A stretch of DNA of 63,584 nt, the filler included, from Octopus bimaculoides (taxonomy: Eukaryota), in assembly GCF_001194135.2 (NCBI RefSeq). It is 6 parts of 6 records of this genome, joined end to end, with 100 filler letters (N's around TTAATTAATTAA, not from the genome) between each part and the next. Parts side by side here need not be neighbours in the genome. Positions count along the whole stretch, not along the records: positions 43,629 to 63,584 come from NC_068991.1; 5 more parts are not named here. One strand, 5' to 3'. The translations under genes were made by a program, and so were the position numbers. Every line of letters starts with the position of its first letter. Positions within the stretch are counted from its first letter, which is position 1. Of the stretch, positions 51,991 to 63,584 are shown piece by piece. Under the pieces are notes generated by a model that saw only the letters and a program-made list of their open reading frames with translations, did not search any database and was not told the DNA's origin.

Positions 51991-52112
51991 AGAAGAGTTT
52001 ATACCTATGTGATTTGCCTGTGAGGACTCTGGCTGAAGCTTGTCTCCACCTTACCTCTTGTGTGCAACATACACCAAAGCATCTCTACAATCTTGCTAGA
52101 CCTATCTTTCAA

Positions 52113-52146
<34 letters not shown>

Positions 52147-52169
52147 ACAAGATGGTGAAGTATGGTCTT

Positions 52170-52680
52170 TGGATGTTGAATCTTGTGGAGGCTATGACAA
52201 GTGACAGAGACCTTTAGTGATTTACTGTGCTTGAGAAGACATGTCTAGGTAAGTGAAATTGTAGTTGTGGCCAGTGCTGGTGATATATAAAACGCACCTG
52301 TGCTAGTGACACATAAAAAACATCCAGAATGATGCATGAAATGAGATGTATGGTTAGTATTAGGATTTGCAGGACAAAATTTGATAATGTGGCAATCATT
52401 TAAATTCGAAACATGCTGAAATGAATGAAACTGTTTAGTTGTATGATAGGGAGAAATGAAACTGATTACATCCAATCTAGTCAATATCCATGCCAGCATG
52501 GAACACACATTATTAAATGATGTTGACAATATAAACCATATTTTTTGTGGAGTGGTTGGCATTAGGAAGGGCATCCAGCTGTAGAAACCAAGCCAAAATA
52601 GACTGGTGCCTGTTGCAGCTCCAGTTAAATCATTTTACCCATGTTAGTATGGAAATAGGCACTAAATGATGATGATGACT
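52170..52680 (+). mobile_element. SINE family C (RTE-type tail), interrupted by a 217-bp insert
   Basis: ggagtggttggcattaggaagggcatccagctgtagaaacc body and taaatgatgatgatg tail. Confidence 0.6.
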
Positions 52681-53867
52681 GATTAATCATATATATATAT
52701 ATATATATATATCATCATATAAGAAGCTTCCATACATCTGTTTACCATTTTCACTTACAAGGTATTATTTGGCCTAAAGCTAGAGCAATAGACATTTGTC
52801 CAGGATACCATATAGTGGTATTGAACTCAAACCCATGTGGTTGTAAAACAAATTTCACTACTTCAGAACCATGTCTGCACCTCATAGAATTGTTATTGTG
52901 TGAAGTGATAATATAGTTTCGAAGCAGCTTCAAGAAGTGTCTTTCCAGTAGAATAGCTGCTAATTTTCTTTTGAAAAATACTATTAGCTGTTGTTACTTT
53001 TATTTGAAAAATTCTCCTGTAATGTTTTAAATGGATGTTTTTATGTTGTGTGCCAGAAATAGATCAGTGGAGTGGATATTGCCTTTTTTGTAGTGTATCA
53101 GGAGCAGGTCAGTGGAGTGGCTTGCATTGTGTAGTGGGTCTGAAGCAAATCAGTGGAGTAGGGAGTTTTCTACTGCTACAAACTAATTAACTAATTGCTA
53201 TAAGTGAAAACCACAAAAACAAAATGAAAAGACACAACCAGGAGTTGAATATGTGTCACAGACTCAGTTTACTTTAATTCTACAGCACTTTAGCACTGAA
53301 ACAATGCATCCTTTCATTCACTAAACTCTTTAATCTCTCCTTTTCTACTGAGATCTGTTCTGACTTTTGGAAACATACTACAGTGTGTCCCATTCTCAAC
53401 AAGACCAACCCCTCTGACTCTGCCTAGTATTGTTCTATAGTATTCACTTCTATATCACTGATGTAATGGAGACAACCGTTAACATCTTCCAGTACCTTAA
53501 ATTTCTCTCTCACTCACCTTAAGGATCACCTGTACGGTTTGTATAAAGCCAGATCTACTGGTGATCTACACTCATCTGTTATCCACTGATGGGCTCTTGT
53601 TTTGGAGTAATTTAGTAAAAACAATATTGCTACCCGTGACATCAGTAAAGCTTTCAACTGTATATGGCACATGAATCTCCAATTGAAACTTCATGCCAAT
53701 GGACTCCACTCTCATCTCATTTCTTGAATAAGTAACTTCTTATCAGAGCACACCATTATTGTTTGTGTTGACAAAGCTGTTTCTGTCCCTCACTTTATCA
53801 ACTCTGGCATACTCCAGGATTTGGTCTTGTCACCCATTCATCTACTCCCTTCCTTCTATACATCAAT

Positions 53868-54165
53868 GTGAGTGTTTATTGAGTGAAAACACCTAAAGCT
53901 CCACGAGGCTCCGGCAGGGGATGGTGGCGAACCCTGCTGTATTCTTTCACAACTTTCTCTGTTTCTGTTGTGCCTGTAATCCAAAGGGTCAGACTTTTCA
54001 CACTGTGTCACGCTGAATATCACCGAGAACTACGTTAAGAGTACACGTGTCTGTGGAGTGCTCAGCCACTTGCACGTTAATTTCACGAGCAGGCTGTTCC
54101 GTTGATCGGATTAACTGGAACCCTCGACGTCTTAAGTGACGGAGTGCCAACAACAACAACAACAA
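53868..54165 (+). mobile_element. SINE (5'-truncated) with (AAC)n tail
   Basis: gagtgaaaacacctaaagctcc...ggaaccctcgacgtc...gacggagtgccaacaacaac. An older copy lies at about 41880-42140. Confidence 0.75.
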
Positions 54166-54205
54166 CCACTACATCCAACAACACCTACTTTTACACAGAT
54201 GATAC

Positions 54206-54569
54206 TATAGGAAAGTAGGGTTATACATCATTGGATGTAGACCTGACTTTCCTATATAATATTAAGAAATTAACGGGACGCTGATCTCCAGACTATCAAC
54301 TTAAACAACATTTATTCAGGTGGTAAATATATATATCTTTAGCTCTTGTTTGTTGTTACAGCTTCTGTGTGTGTGAGCATAGTTGTTGGGACGTTGGTAT
54401 GTAGATGTAAGTGAGCTGTCGAGCGTAAGTTCGAAAGATGGAGAGAGACAGCTAAACACGTCCTTGCTCAATTGCTGGCCAGCAAGAAAGAGATAGAATG
54501 AAGCGGGAAAGCTTGGTATGTTGAATTCCACGCATGCGTGAGACTACGCATGCGCACAGCGTTACTACA
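54206..54569 (-). mobile_element. solo LTR (Gypsy-like, 364 bp)
   Basis: Termini tatag(=tgtag)...ctaca, 4-bp TSD ATAC at 54202-54205 and 54570-54573, and AATAAA on the minus strand. Confidence 0.7.
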
Positions 54570-55608
54570 ATACAATCCATTATTCTTTAATATTCCTAAA
54601 CCTTGATTTATCCACTTACAATCTAGTTACCATGTATCAAACCCACATTGGCTTCATAATCACAGACCTTGAAAACATCTTCTGGTAGCACCATTCCAGT
54701 CTTTTTTTTTTTTTTTTCTTCAAATGCCAGTTAACACACACATTGCTCATATCAAGAAGACAGTATCACACCATATCCCCACTAGTCATGAGTAACACTT
54801 AGCAAGAGTTTTCAGAATTACTTCAGTAGTTGAGTCTCACTATCATTGAAGATCTCTCTTGGTGAAAGATCATTCTTTGCATAGTTAGGATCACATTCCA
54901 ACTAGAAGCCTGTCTCATCAGGATCAGAAGATTTTTCAGTCCCTATCAGTTATTAATATGCTACAAAGCTCAGGTGAAGCCTACAAGGGAATATTGCTCT
55001 AATATCTAGGACAGTGTCACTACGCAAACATAGTCTTCCTAGACCACATCCAGAAAAAGGTCAAAAGCCATTCAAATGCAGGTCCCAGGCTGTCTCCTAT
55101 CTCTACCTTTTCTATAGCTACTGTAGTGGCCTCTGCTCCTCACAGCCTATTGGTTTTGAACTTCCATCACCACTTAGACATTCCAATCTCACTTACTTCT
55201 CTTCCTCTCACTTTTCAGGTATCTACCCTACCCCCACCATCACACACATTAACCTGGGTTCTCTTCCTGCTCTTATGTGTTCTGTAGGTGTTTAGTTAAA
55301 GCCTCAAGAGTAACATTAACGGAAGCATCAGTCTCATCGGTCTAAGAAGACCTGCAAAGATCACAGAACCAGTCCATTTCTTCAGACAAAAACAAATAAA
55401 ATAAAATACGATATAATTTTTAAAAGATGGTAATGAATTCTTAAGATGCACTGTGAGTGTGTACACACACACGCACGCGCGCGCGTAAAGGAGATATCAA
55501 ATTATATATTTTCAGGTAAAATATTTAGCAGATATCAAACGGCATTTTTTCTGGTTTTTTTTTTGAAGAGTGCTTGACGTCTTGAGCGGCCTTAGTATCA
55601 TAGTAAAA

Positions 55609-55719
55609 ATGGCTGACATCGAAGAGAATTTACGTGAATTAGTGGAATTACAGAACGACTACAATGCTACATTACACGACATTCAACTTTTGGTGAGAGA
55701 TATTGAAAGACTACAAAAG
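55609..55719 (+). CDS. first coding exon of an unnamed coiled-coil protein gene
   Basis: aaaaATGG start, MADIEENLRELVELQNDYNATLHDIQLLVRDIERLQK, GT donor at 55720 (alternative at 55723). Phase 0 fits the exon at 58662. Confidence 0.65.
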
Positions 55720-56186
55720 GTGGTGTGTCTTACGTTTTTCTTTTATATCTCTTCTATTAATTTTCATCGTGAAAACCATCTTGTAGAATGGAAGATGCGT
55801 TATTCTGCAAACTGTCAACATGAGCGGAGGATGTGAACACCTTCCGTTAATGTCGTCATATTTTGCTTTTGCTACTTTACCAGTTATAACTTCAGTTAAA
55901 TAAAAGCCTGAAAGTAATTAACATGCATAGTTAGCAAGGAATATGGAAAAAGTGAACTCAAACGTCCCATCTTCAGGAATGCAATAATGAAAGTGGTGAT
56001 GGAATGTTTTGATTAATTCCAATGATTCATATTTTTAGGGTAACGGGTAATTTTGATGAGCAACGTAAATGGAATGAAATTAATTGGCATTCGCTTGAAA
56101 TTTTAAGCTGGATCACTCTATACATAGTAGCGTACCATACCAGTAATATATAATTTTGTTCCCGTCGCACACACGTCTGTTAAATA

Positions 56187-56219
<33 letters not shown>

Positions 56220-57479
56220 TACATACATATAAAAATACATGAACTGTTAACTCGTTGTTTGGTGTATTATCAACAGCTTTAACATATTTCGACAGTTTCT
56301 CATGTTCTTATATTTGAATTATAATAAAATTTAACAAATTCAGTTTAAAATGAACTGAAAGCTATTATAAATCTAAATTCTTTACATATAAAAATAGAAA
56401 TTATCTTGGAAGTTAGCTGTGGTGTTGAATCAAAGTTCGAATTCTGCTGGATTTTTTTAAAATTTCAATTACCTATAAACTATTGGGGTATTTATAATTT
56501 ACTCTAATCTCACCTCACCCTCCCAATTGTGGTCTTGTACCAAAGTTAGAGTTTCTTACTGAAACAAACAATTTTTAACAGACTAGGAAGAGATTTGGTT
56601 CGTAATCATTTTTGCTACATTCATTCTTTAAGTCAAAGAATCCTCAGTAACTTCATTATTAATTTGTATGTAAGAGGTATGCATGCAGATTCGTCGCCAG
56701 ACTTTTGGTGCCTAGGGATGCTTCAGAATATTCTGGGAGGGCACTAATTTGTAATAATGCTAAAGTGGGGTTTCTTGACAATTTCTTTAATTGAAGTTTT
56801 GATTGAAGCACACCATTTAACCAGTCATAACTTCAAAGAAAAAATTTTTTGGTATCTTCAGAAAATTTTTATAAACTGTAGTTTCTAAATCTGAGGATGC
56901 ACCATTGAATAGTGAGGGGACAGTGCCGTTTAGTGTCTCCCCACTCTTAGCAATGGGCATGTATATATGTAAAGTGTGAGAGAGGTATATTGTTACTTTA
57001 TTCATTTTCTATCAATGACTGTTTTTTTTTTGGCTTTTGATTGTTATTTTTTCATTAAATAGTTTTCTTAAATATCCCATAAATCATTTTAACATCCACT
57101 TTTCCATGCTTACGTTACCTTAGACGGAATTTGTTGAGGTAAATTTTCTATGGCCAGATACTCGTCCTGTCATGATCCTGTACCTGTTTTCTAAGAAGGT
57201 AATGCTTCCTCAAGGCCAGGCAAGTTGTTCATGGAAAGATAGCAGAGATTCTTTAGTTAAAATTTCTCCTAATGCTATCCTCCTCTTCAACATCGTCATC
57301 ATCTACTATAACTCAAGGATTCCAGTATAGCTGCTCTACCTTTCATATTATTTGCTGCCCAGATCACCCCAAGCAGTTGAACTAGGCATGTCCAGACAAT
57401 TGAACAGGATTACCATTACATTGTGCGATTTTAGGTCAATTGTATTCTCTGATGTTTATTAATAACAGTTTCCTTATGA

Positions 57480-58600
57480 TGTCTTTTTGCAGACTACTTC
57501 AGTGATGAATGACAGTGACTTTACTTTCATGGCTGGTGACTTCAATGGACACGTTGAGCAGCATCCTGGAGGATTCCATGATATGCATGGAAGTTATGGA
57601 TTTAGTTCTTCAGATGAGGAAGGAACAAGGTTCTTGGAGTTCTGTGATGTAAATGACCTAGTAATTCAGAACACTAACTTCAAGAAATGAGACAGTCACC
57701 TGATCACTTATCAGTCTGGTGGGCACACAAGCCAGACATACTATATCCTCATTAGAAAGCAGGTTAGTTAGATGCTTGTAAATGCAAAGTCCTTTCCAGA
57801 TGAAGAATGTTCTAAGGTTAGTTGTTAACAACTTCAGACTTAGAAGGATTCAGAGACACAAACCAATCTGGAAAAGGAAGATACGGAAACAATGGTCTGA
57901 GATATATGTTTCAATCAGAACTTCTATATAATGAAAAGGAGATAGAAACATATGACACTTAGGAGAATTGGAAGTTCTTATAGGACAACATATTTATTGC
58001 AGCCAGGGTGTGGATGATATGGTGGTGGAATGGTGAAGTAAACAGAGCCATAGAAGCAGCGAGACAGGCTTAGGATGAATGGAAGAATGAATAGGAGCAG
58101 AGAATTATACCAAGTTGCTGAAGGAGAAGATAGACAACAGGTATATTTTGAAAGGGGAGCAGTAGAAAGGAAGAGGTTTGTCAATGTTCTGTAGCATGAT
58201 AACAAAGGCATGAGGTATTCTGGAGTGCAAAGCAATGTATCACCGAAAATTAAGACATGGGAGAGAAGTGTATATGAATGGATAGTGGTACACTTGCACT
58301 TAGTGATGCTGAAAAGAAAAAGGCATGAAAAGGCTACTTAACATGAAGAATATATGGGAGAAATAGAGCTTTCTAAATATGAGCTGTGGGATTGGCCATT
58401 CTAGCTGACAGCAGTATGATTGATAAAGCAATTAAAGATATGAAGATAGAGAAAGCTGGTCCATTAGGAATTTCCTCCCAGATGCTTAAATATCTGGTGA
58501 TGTGAGATACAGCCTGGTCACCCATAGAATTAATCAGTTTGTACAGGAAGGTATCATACCTAACAACAGGCGTAACATTACAGTCAATCCTTAAAAAAGG
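57480..58600 (+). mobile_element. second RTE LINE fragment, heavily decayed
   Basis: FMAGDFNGHVEQHPGGFH...EEGTRFLEFCD.NDLVIQNTNFKK, plus the colinear DKAIKDMK region. Confidence 0.85.
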
Positions 58601-58661
58601 CGAACATTTAACAATAAGATCCTTCATAATTATCTTTATTTTTCTCTGATTTTATTTACAG

Positions 58662-58776
58662 GAGAATGAGAGTTTGGCTGTGCAGCAAGACTGTTCTGAA
58701 AGTTTTAACTGGTCACCATTGAAAGAAACATTACGGATTGTACTGGAAATAGACAGGAACCCTGAACTTGAAGAAG
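58662..58776 (+). CDS. second coding exon of the 55609 gene
   Basis: ttttatttacag acceptor, ENESLAVQQDCSESFNWSPLKETLRIVLEIDRNPELEE, then G|gtacac donor (phase 1). Confidence 0.65.
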
Positions 58777-59254
58777 GTACACTCTTCTTTTTACATTTTT
58801 CATCTTTTGCTCTCACTCTTTGCCATATTCCTGCAATACCTGCTGCAACATTCTTAATATTGCAGTTATGTTTGATCCAGTTTAGAGTTTATTTGTCTCA
58901 GCATATTTCTCCCTACATGGATGAGAAAAAGGAAAGTGTTCATATCAGTCATGTTCAATGAATAAATTGTAATATCTCTCTTTCTCTTGCTCTCCCCCCC
59001 TCTCACTCTGTATATGTATATTTCTCTCTGTGTGTATGTGTGTTTGCCTTCAATGCCAAAATCTACTGTTGCCAAAACAGGCTGAATGTCCAGTCAATTA
59101 TGCCAAATCATCAGTGTCCAAACAACTGTGCCCAACCATCTCATGTCAAAGATTCACTATGTCTAAACAAAGAGGGAATGGTCAGGATCGATCATGAGTT
59201 AAACAACTATGATAATAAATCTATGACTATGTACAAAAGCGATCAATTCGTCCA

Positions 59255-59424
59255 TCTTTACATTTTGTGTTCAAATTCTCTCAAGGTCGACTGTGCCTTT
59301 CATCCTTTTGGGATTAATAAATTAAGTACCAGTGAAACACTGGGGTCAATGTAATCGACTACTCCCCTCCTTCCAAACTTCGGGCTTTGTGCCTTCAGTA
59401 GAAAGGATGATTATTATTATTATT
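59255..59424 (+). mobile_element. SINE family B, 5'-truncated
   Basis: aggtcgactgtgcctttcatccttttggg core and (att)n tail. Confidence 0.8.
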
Positions 59425-59940
59425 ATTACATAGAAAAATGCGAGCATGAAAAGTCATATTCTTAAGATTATAAACCTGGAAAAGTACAGGACAGGTTATT
59501 ACACCTGTAAAAGTACAGGACAAGCTATTACTTCTAGTAAAGTAAAGAATAAGAAACTTTTTACTTGAAATATTGCAGCAAAGAATGCCAGTTCTTCTAA
59601 TTTATCTCTCTTTGCAGTTCTCATCTTTTAAATTTATTGTACAAAACTGTTCAGCTAATTTGTAAGTTTGTCTAATTAGTCACTTTTTTCTCTATTTAAG
59701 ACAATATACTAACCAAATTCTACTTAAATAAGCATAGTGTTATTTGTAAACTATATAGAAATATTTTTGAATATTCAAATTTTAATTTTAACTGCAATAT
59801 TTTAAATAAAAAGTTTCTTATTCTTTACTAGAAGTAATAGCTTGTCCTATACTTTTACAGGTGTAATAGCTTGTCCTGTACTTTTCCAGGTTTATAATCT
59901 TAAGAATATGACTTTTCATGCTTGCATTTTTCCATGTAAT
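59425..59940. mobile_element. foldback/MITE with ~150-bp terminal inverted repeats
   Basis: 59425-59578 is the reverse complement of 59792-59940. Each arm holds two 29-bp subrepeats (aaaagtacaggaca..tattac). Confidence 0.85.
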
Positions 59941-60957
59941 CCATGATTTTTCCAGGCATTGCTGTTATAAGATAATTAATAAGATGTCAATTAATAATTT
60001 AAGATTTTACCTTATAAAATACTGAAAGATAATATTTCAATTTTTCCATGTAAGTGATGATAATATTTCAATTTTTTTCATGTTTAATTTAAATATATGT
60101 TGTGATTGAATTATTTGATAATTAATGGCAGGAATTTGTACCATGTTGTTGGTTGCACCATGGCTCACCAAAAGTTACAAACAACAAGGCCCCAAAACCA
60201 TCAGTTACCAGGCTCACCTTAAGTAACCTAATTTTGCAATATTAGGAGGTCACAGGAATTCATTCAGTGAAAAAAAAAAATTTCAATGATTCTGGGATTG
60301 AGGGGGGGGGGACCCTCCTCCAACCTCATTTTTTCTGAGCCAAAATAAGGGATTTGCAGCATATTAGGCAGTCAGGGTATTTGATTCCACGCAAAAAATC
60401 AAATTTTTCTTTTTCTTTCTTAGTGAAAATCGTGACCATAATGTTGTTGTTATTTAACTTCAAATCAACCCTGATACTGCAAACATATCACCAAAGACAT
60501 TCCAGCCTTCAGCAAACCTTCTTTTTAGGGATAATCTAGGACATTACATACAATGGATGTATGATTTAGGTAGGGGGATACTTTGGCTGCTATTTTTAGC
60601 ATGTTGAGTGACCAGGTAGAGGCTCTTTCAATTGTTCAATTGTGTGATGAGATTTTTTAAAGCATATATGTAATATGTATATATATCATCGGTAGAAGTT
60701 AGAGAGTAAGTCAAAAGCTGAGAGTTTCTTGTATTGGCACTTATCAAACATGAAATTTGTCCATTGTCACTCTGTAACTTCTGACGAAATAACTTCTAAA
60801 ATACAAAATTTTGTCAAAAACGTTAAGAGTAAACCCAGTTCTGTGTGACACAGTCTTGACTAGCCCATTCCCCCTGAATTTCAGGCCTTGTGCCAATAAT
60901 AGATTATTATTATTATTTTAAGAGATTTTCTTGCAGTTTTCCATGTTTCCTAAATAG

Positions 60958-61031
60958 GAGAGTTAGAACAATATATCTTGCCTAAGGAAACAATATTTGA
61001 TAAGAAACCTGATTGCTTAACCACTCAATAG
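60958..61031 (+). CDS. candidate third (terminal) exon of the 55609 gene
   Basis: gtttcctaaatag acceptor; phase 1 gives (G)ELEQYILPKETIFDKKPDCLTTQ*. A competing acceptor 21 nt upstream gives VFHVS*. Confidence 0.35.
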
Positions 61032-61239
61032 TTTATTCTGTTTCATAAATAATGTGTTTTTTTCAATTGCATGAACTAAAAGTTGGAGGGGGACAGGATA
61101 AACGACCTGCAGGTAGTAATTTTACCTTGTTTGTATTCTTAGTGCAAATTTTGAAGAGTATGGTTTGATTTTAACAGTTATGTTTTCAAAACTATTATGG
61201 AAGTGACAAAATAGCATATTTGGCATATTTTGCTTTATG

Positions 61240-61480
61240 AGTTCAATAAAGGCAATAACGTGTCAGTGGCACGTAAAAAGCACCATTCGAGTGTGGTCGA
61301 TGCCAGTGCCGCCTGTCTGGCCCCCGTGCTGGTGGCATGTAAAAAGCGTTAGGAAGGGTATCCAGCTGCAGAAACCTTGCCAGATCAGATTGGTGTCCAG
61401 TGCAGCCACCTGGCTTGTCAGTCCTCAGTCAAACTCTCCAACCCATGCCAGCATGGAAAGTGGACGTTAAATGATGATGA
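61240..61480 (+). mobile_element. SINE family C
   Basis: gttaggaagggtatccagctgcagaaacc body and ccatgccagcatggaaagtggacgttaaatgatgatg tail. Confidence 0.75.
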
Positions 61481-61740
61481 TGATCATAATGTAGTTGACA
61501 CTGACTTAAAAGTTTCGGCCTGGCTTGTTTACAAAGTTCTACATGCATTAAGTTCTAAACAATAATTTATCCGCAAACCTAATCAATAAAAATTTTACCA
61601 AAATATCTTTCCATAAAAACCTAATTACCATCCCATTCAACCCCATACACCCAAAGATGGTTTTAACTCAACAGAGACTGTGTAAAGACAAAACTAACTA
61701 TAATGCATTGCAGTCTGATGATGGCTTAGCTGGCTGGAAT

Positions 61741-62074
61741 TTTAATGTTACTGTCAAGAACTTTCTTGTATAACAGATATAATTATATATATATATATAA
61801 CAGATATAATTATATATATATATATATATCTATAATTTAATATACATGTTATTATAATGGGTGAAGGGATGATTATTGAATGGTTATTATTTTGATATTA
61901 TGTTATATTTTAATGTCACTGTCAAGAACTTTCTTGTATAACAGATATAATTATATATATATATAACAGATATAATTATATATATATATATATATATAAT
62001 TTAATATACATGTTATTATAATGGATGAAGAGATGATTATTGAATGGTTATTATTTTGATATTATGATATTTTT
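61741..62074. repeat. tandem duplication of a ~168-bp unit
   Basis: tttaatgt.actgtcaagaactttcttgtataacagatataatt starts at 61741 and 61909. The units differ by a few substitutions and in TA length. Confidence 0.9.
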
Positions 62075-62629
62075 TAAATAAATTTTCTATCTTTATATAA
62101 TAAGTATTTCATATTAATTCATTTGGTACTTATTGTTGGTTGAGATATATATCTAATTATTGTTCTACTTACGATCTGACGAGTAGCTATNNNNNNNNNN
62201 NNNNNNNNNNNNNNNNNNNNNNNNNNNNNNNNNNNNNNNNNNNNNNNNNNNNNNNNNNNNNNNNNNNNNNNNNNNNNNNNNNNNNNNNNNNNNNNNNNNN
62301 NNNNNNNNNNNNNNNNNNNNNNNNNNNNNNNNNNNNNNNNNNNNNNNNNNNNNNNNNNNNNNNNNNNNNNNNNNNNNNNNNNNNNNNNNNNNNNNNNNNN
62401 NNNNNNNNNNNNNNNNNNNNNNNNNNNNTCTATATGTGATAGTGGATTTTCATCGATGAGTTCTTGAAAATTGGTTATTTTCCCTAAAACTATATATTTT
62501 ATATATACTTTATCTATAAGGCTCAATTTAATTTTAATATTTATAAATTGATTTTAATTGAGTTTTTTACCTGTAATTTTGGATTTTGTCCCTAATATTA
62601 TTATTATTATATATATATATATATATATA

Positions 62630-62775
62630 TCATCATCATCATCATCATCATCATCGTTTAATGTCCGCTTTCCATGCTAGCATGGGTTGGACGATTTGAC
62701 TGAGGACTGGTGGAACCCGAAGGCTACACCAGGCTCCAACCTGATTTGGCAGAGTTTCTACAGCTGGATGCCCTT
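62630..62775 (-). mobile_element. SINE family C 3' fragment
   Basis: catcatcatcgtttaatgtccgctttccatgctagcatgggttggacg. Confidence 0.8.
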
Positions 62776-63270
62776 GTAAATACACATATATATAAACAAT
62801 ATTGAACACATATACACATGGTATGTGTTTTGCTAGTTTGTGGGTAGGCTTGCACTTATAAGTGTAAGAGAATATATACTCTTCTATGCATCTGGTGTTA
62901 AAAAAACTTGTAAGTCATAGACAAGTAAGATAACTCACATCAGATCCTGTTCAAGAACATTGATGTTTTGTCATTTTTTTGACTTGTTCCAGAAACGAGG
63001 CCTGATGCAAGCTAAATCGGTGTCTATGACTATATGCAAAATGGTGTAAGAGCCATCTGCTGGTATGTCCCAATATTTCATACCATGGAAAAAATTCAAA
63101 TATGAGTTAAAAGTAGCATGAAGGATATAAACAATATCAAACACACATACCCAAACTGTGTTTTGGTAGTTTGGATAGGCTGTGCTTATAGGCATAAGAG
63201 AATATGTTCTCTTTAATATACATGATGTTAAAATACATCGAAGTCATATATATATATATATATATATATA

Positions 63271-63300
63271 CTAGCAGAAATACCCGGCTTTGCCCAGGTT
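63271..63300 (-). mobile_element. Helitron 3' terminus
   Basis: Minus: acctgggcaaagccgggt hairpin, then atttctg and CTAG|T, inserted at a (TA)n run. Confidence 0.7.
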
Positions 63301-63584
63301 AAAGAGAATAATGAAATCTAAAAACGCCGTCTAGACTACGCAACCCTCAACTGTTAGTAGCTACGATACCATATTTCTACATTAATAACTCTCCAATCCA
63401 TGCCAGCATGGAACATAGACATTAAGTGGAATGCCAGTCTCTCATCTAGGAGGGCCTTGAAATCAATGTTACCAACTGGGGACTATGTGTGTCGTAGTGA
63501 TAATAAAAAGACCCAAAGGAGGTCTGCAACGAAATAATTTTACTCAACACTTTGCAAGTGAATCAGTGGAGGCAAAGATGCGTC

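Larger units (their letters stand above)
53385..54700 (+). pseudogene. Jockey/CR1-like LINE reverse transcriptase relic, interrupted by a SINE and a solo LTR
   Basis: DISKAFNCIWH...LISxISNFLS...INSGILQDLVLSP...LYIN, then YTDDT|IHYS rejoined across the inserts. Confidence 0.75.

Noticed and set aside
1-63584. CRISPR arrays, rRNA or intact tRNA genes
   Set aside because: No repeat-spacer array or rRNA-like sequence seen; the tRNA-like segments are SINE heads lacking a full cloverleaf.

Overview
AT-rich, gap-ridden animal genomic scaffold. The SINE repertoire and (CA)n/(TA)n/(TATG)n microsatellites suggest an octopus-type cephalopod draft assembly (inference). Most of the window is transposon debris: several tRNA-type SINE families, RTE, Jockey-like and R4/NeSL-type LINE fragments, hAT and Helitron relics, MITEs and a solo LTR. 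Host coding sequence is sparse: one isolated exon matching BDH2 (31798-31894, minus), two or three exons of an unnamed coiled-coil gene starting at 55609 (plus), and a few weak exon candidates. The most notable signal is a set of minimal type I hammerhead ribozyme (HHR) motifs of the Penelope/retrozyme kind, from several apparently unrelated families. (i) A non-coding, terminally redundant ~325-360 nt HHR element is present at two loci (9049-9549 and 28167-28615). (ii) A ~440 bp near-perfect palindrome (12804-13241) carries an intact HHR on each strand. (iii) Decayed or variant HHRs lie at 8936, 10017 and possibly 113. All structures and alignments were read by eye; none was computed, searched or tested.
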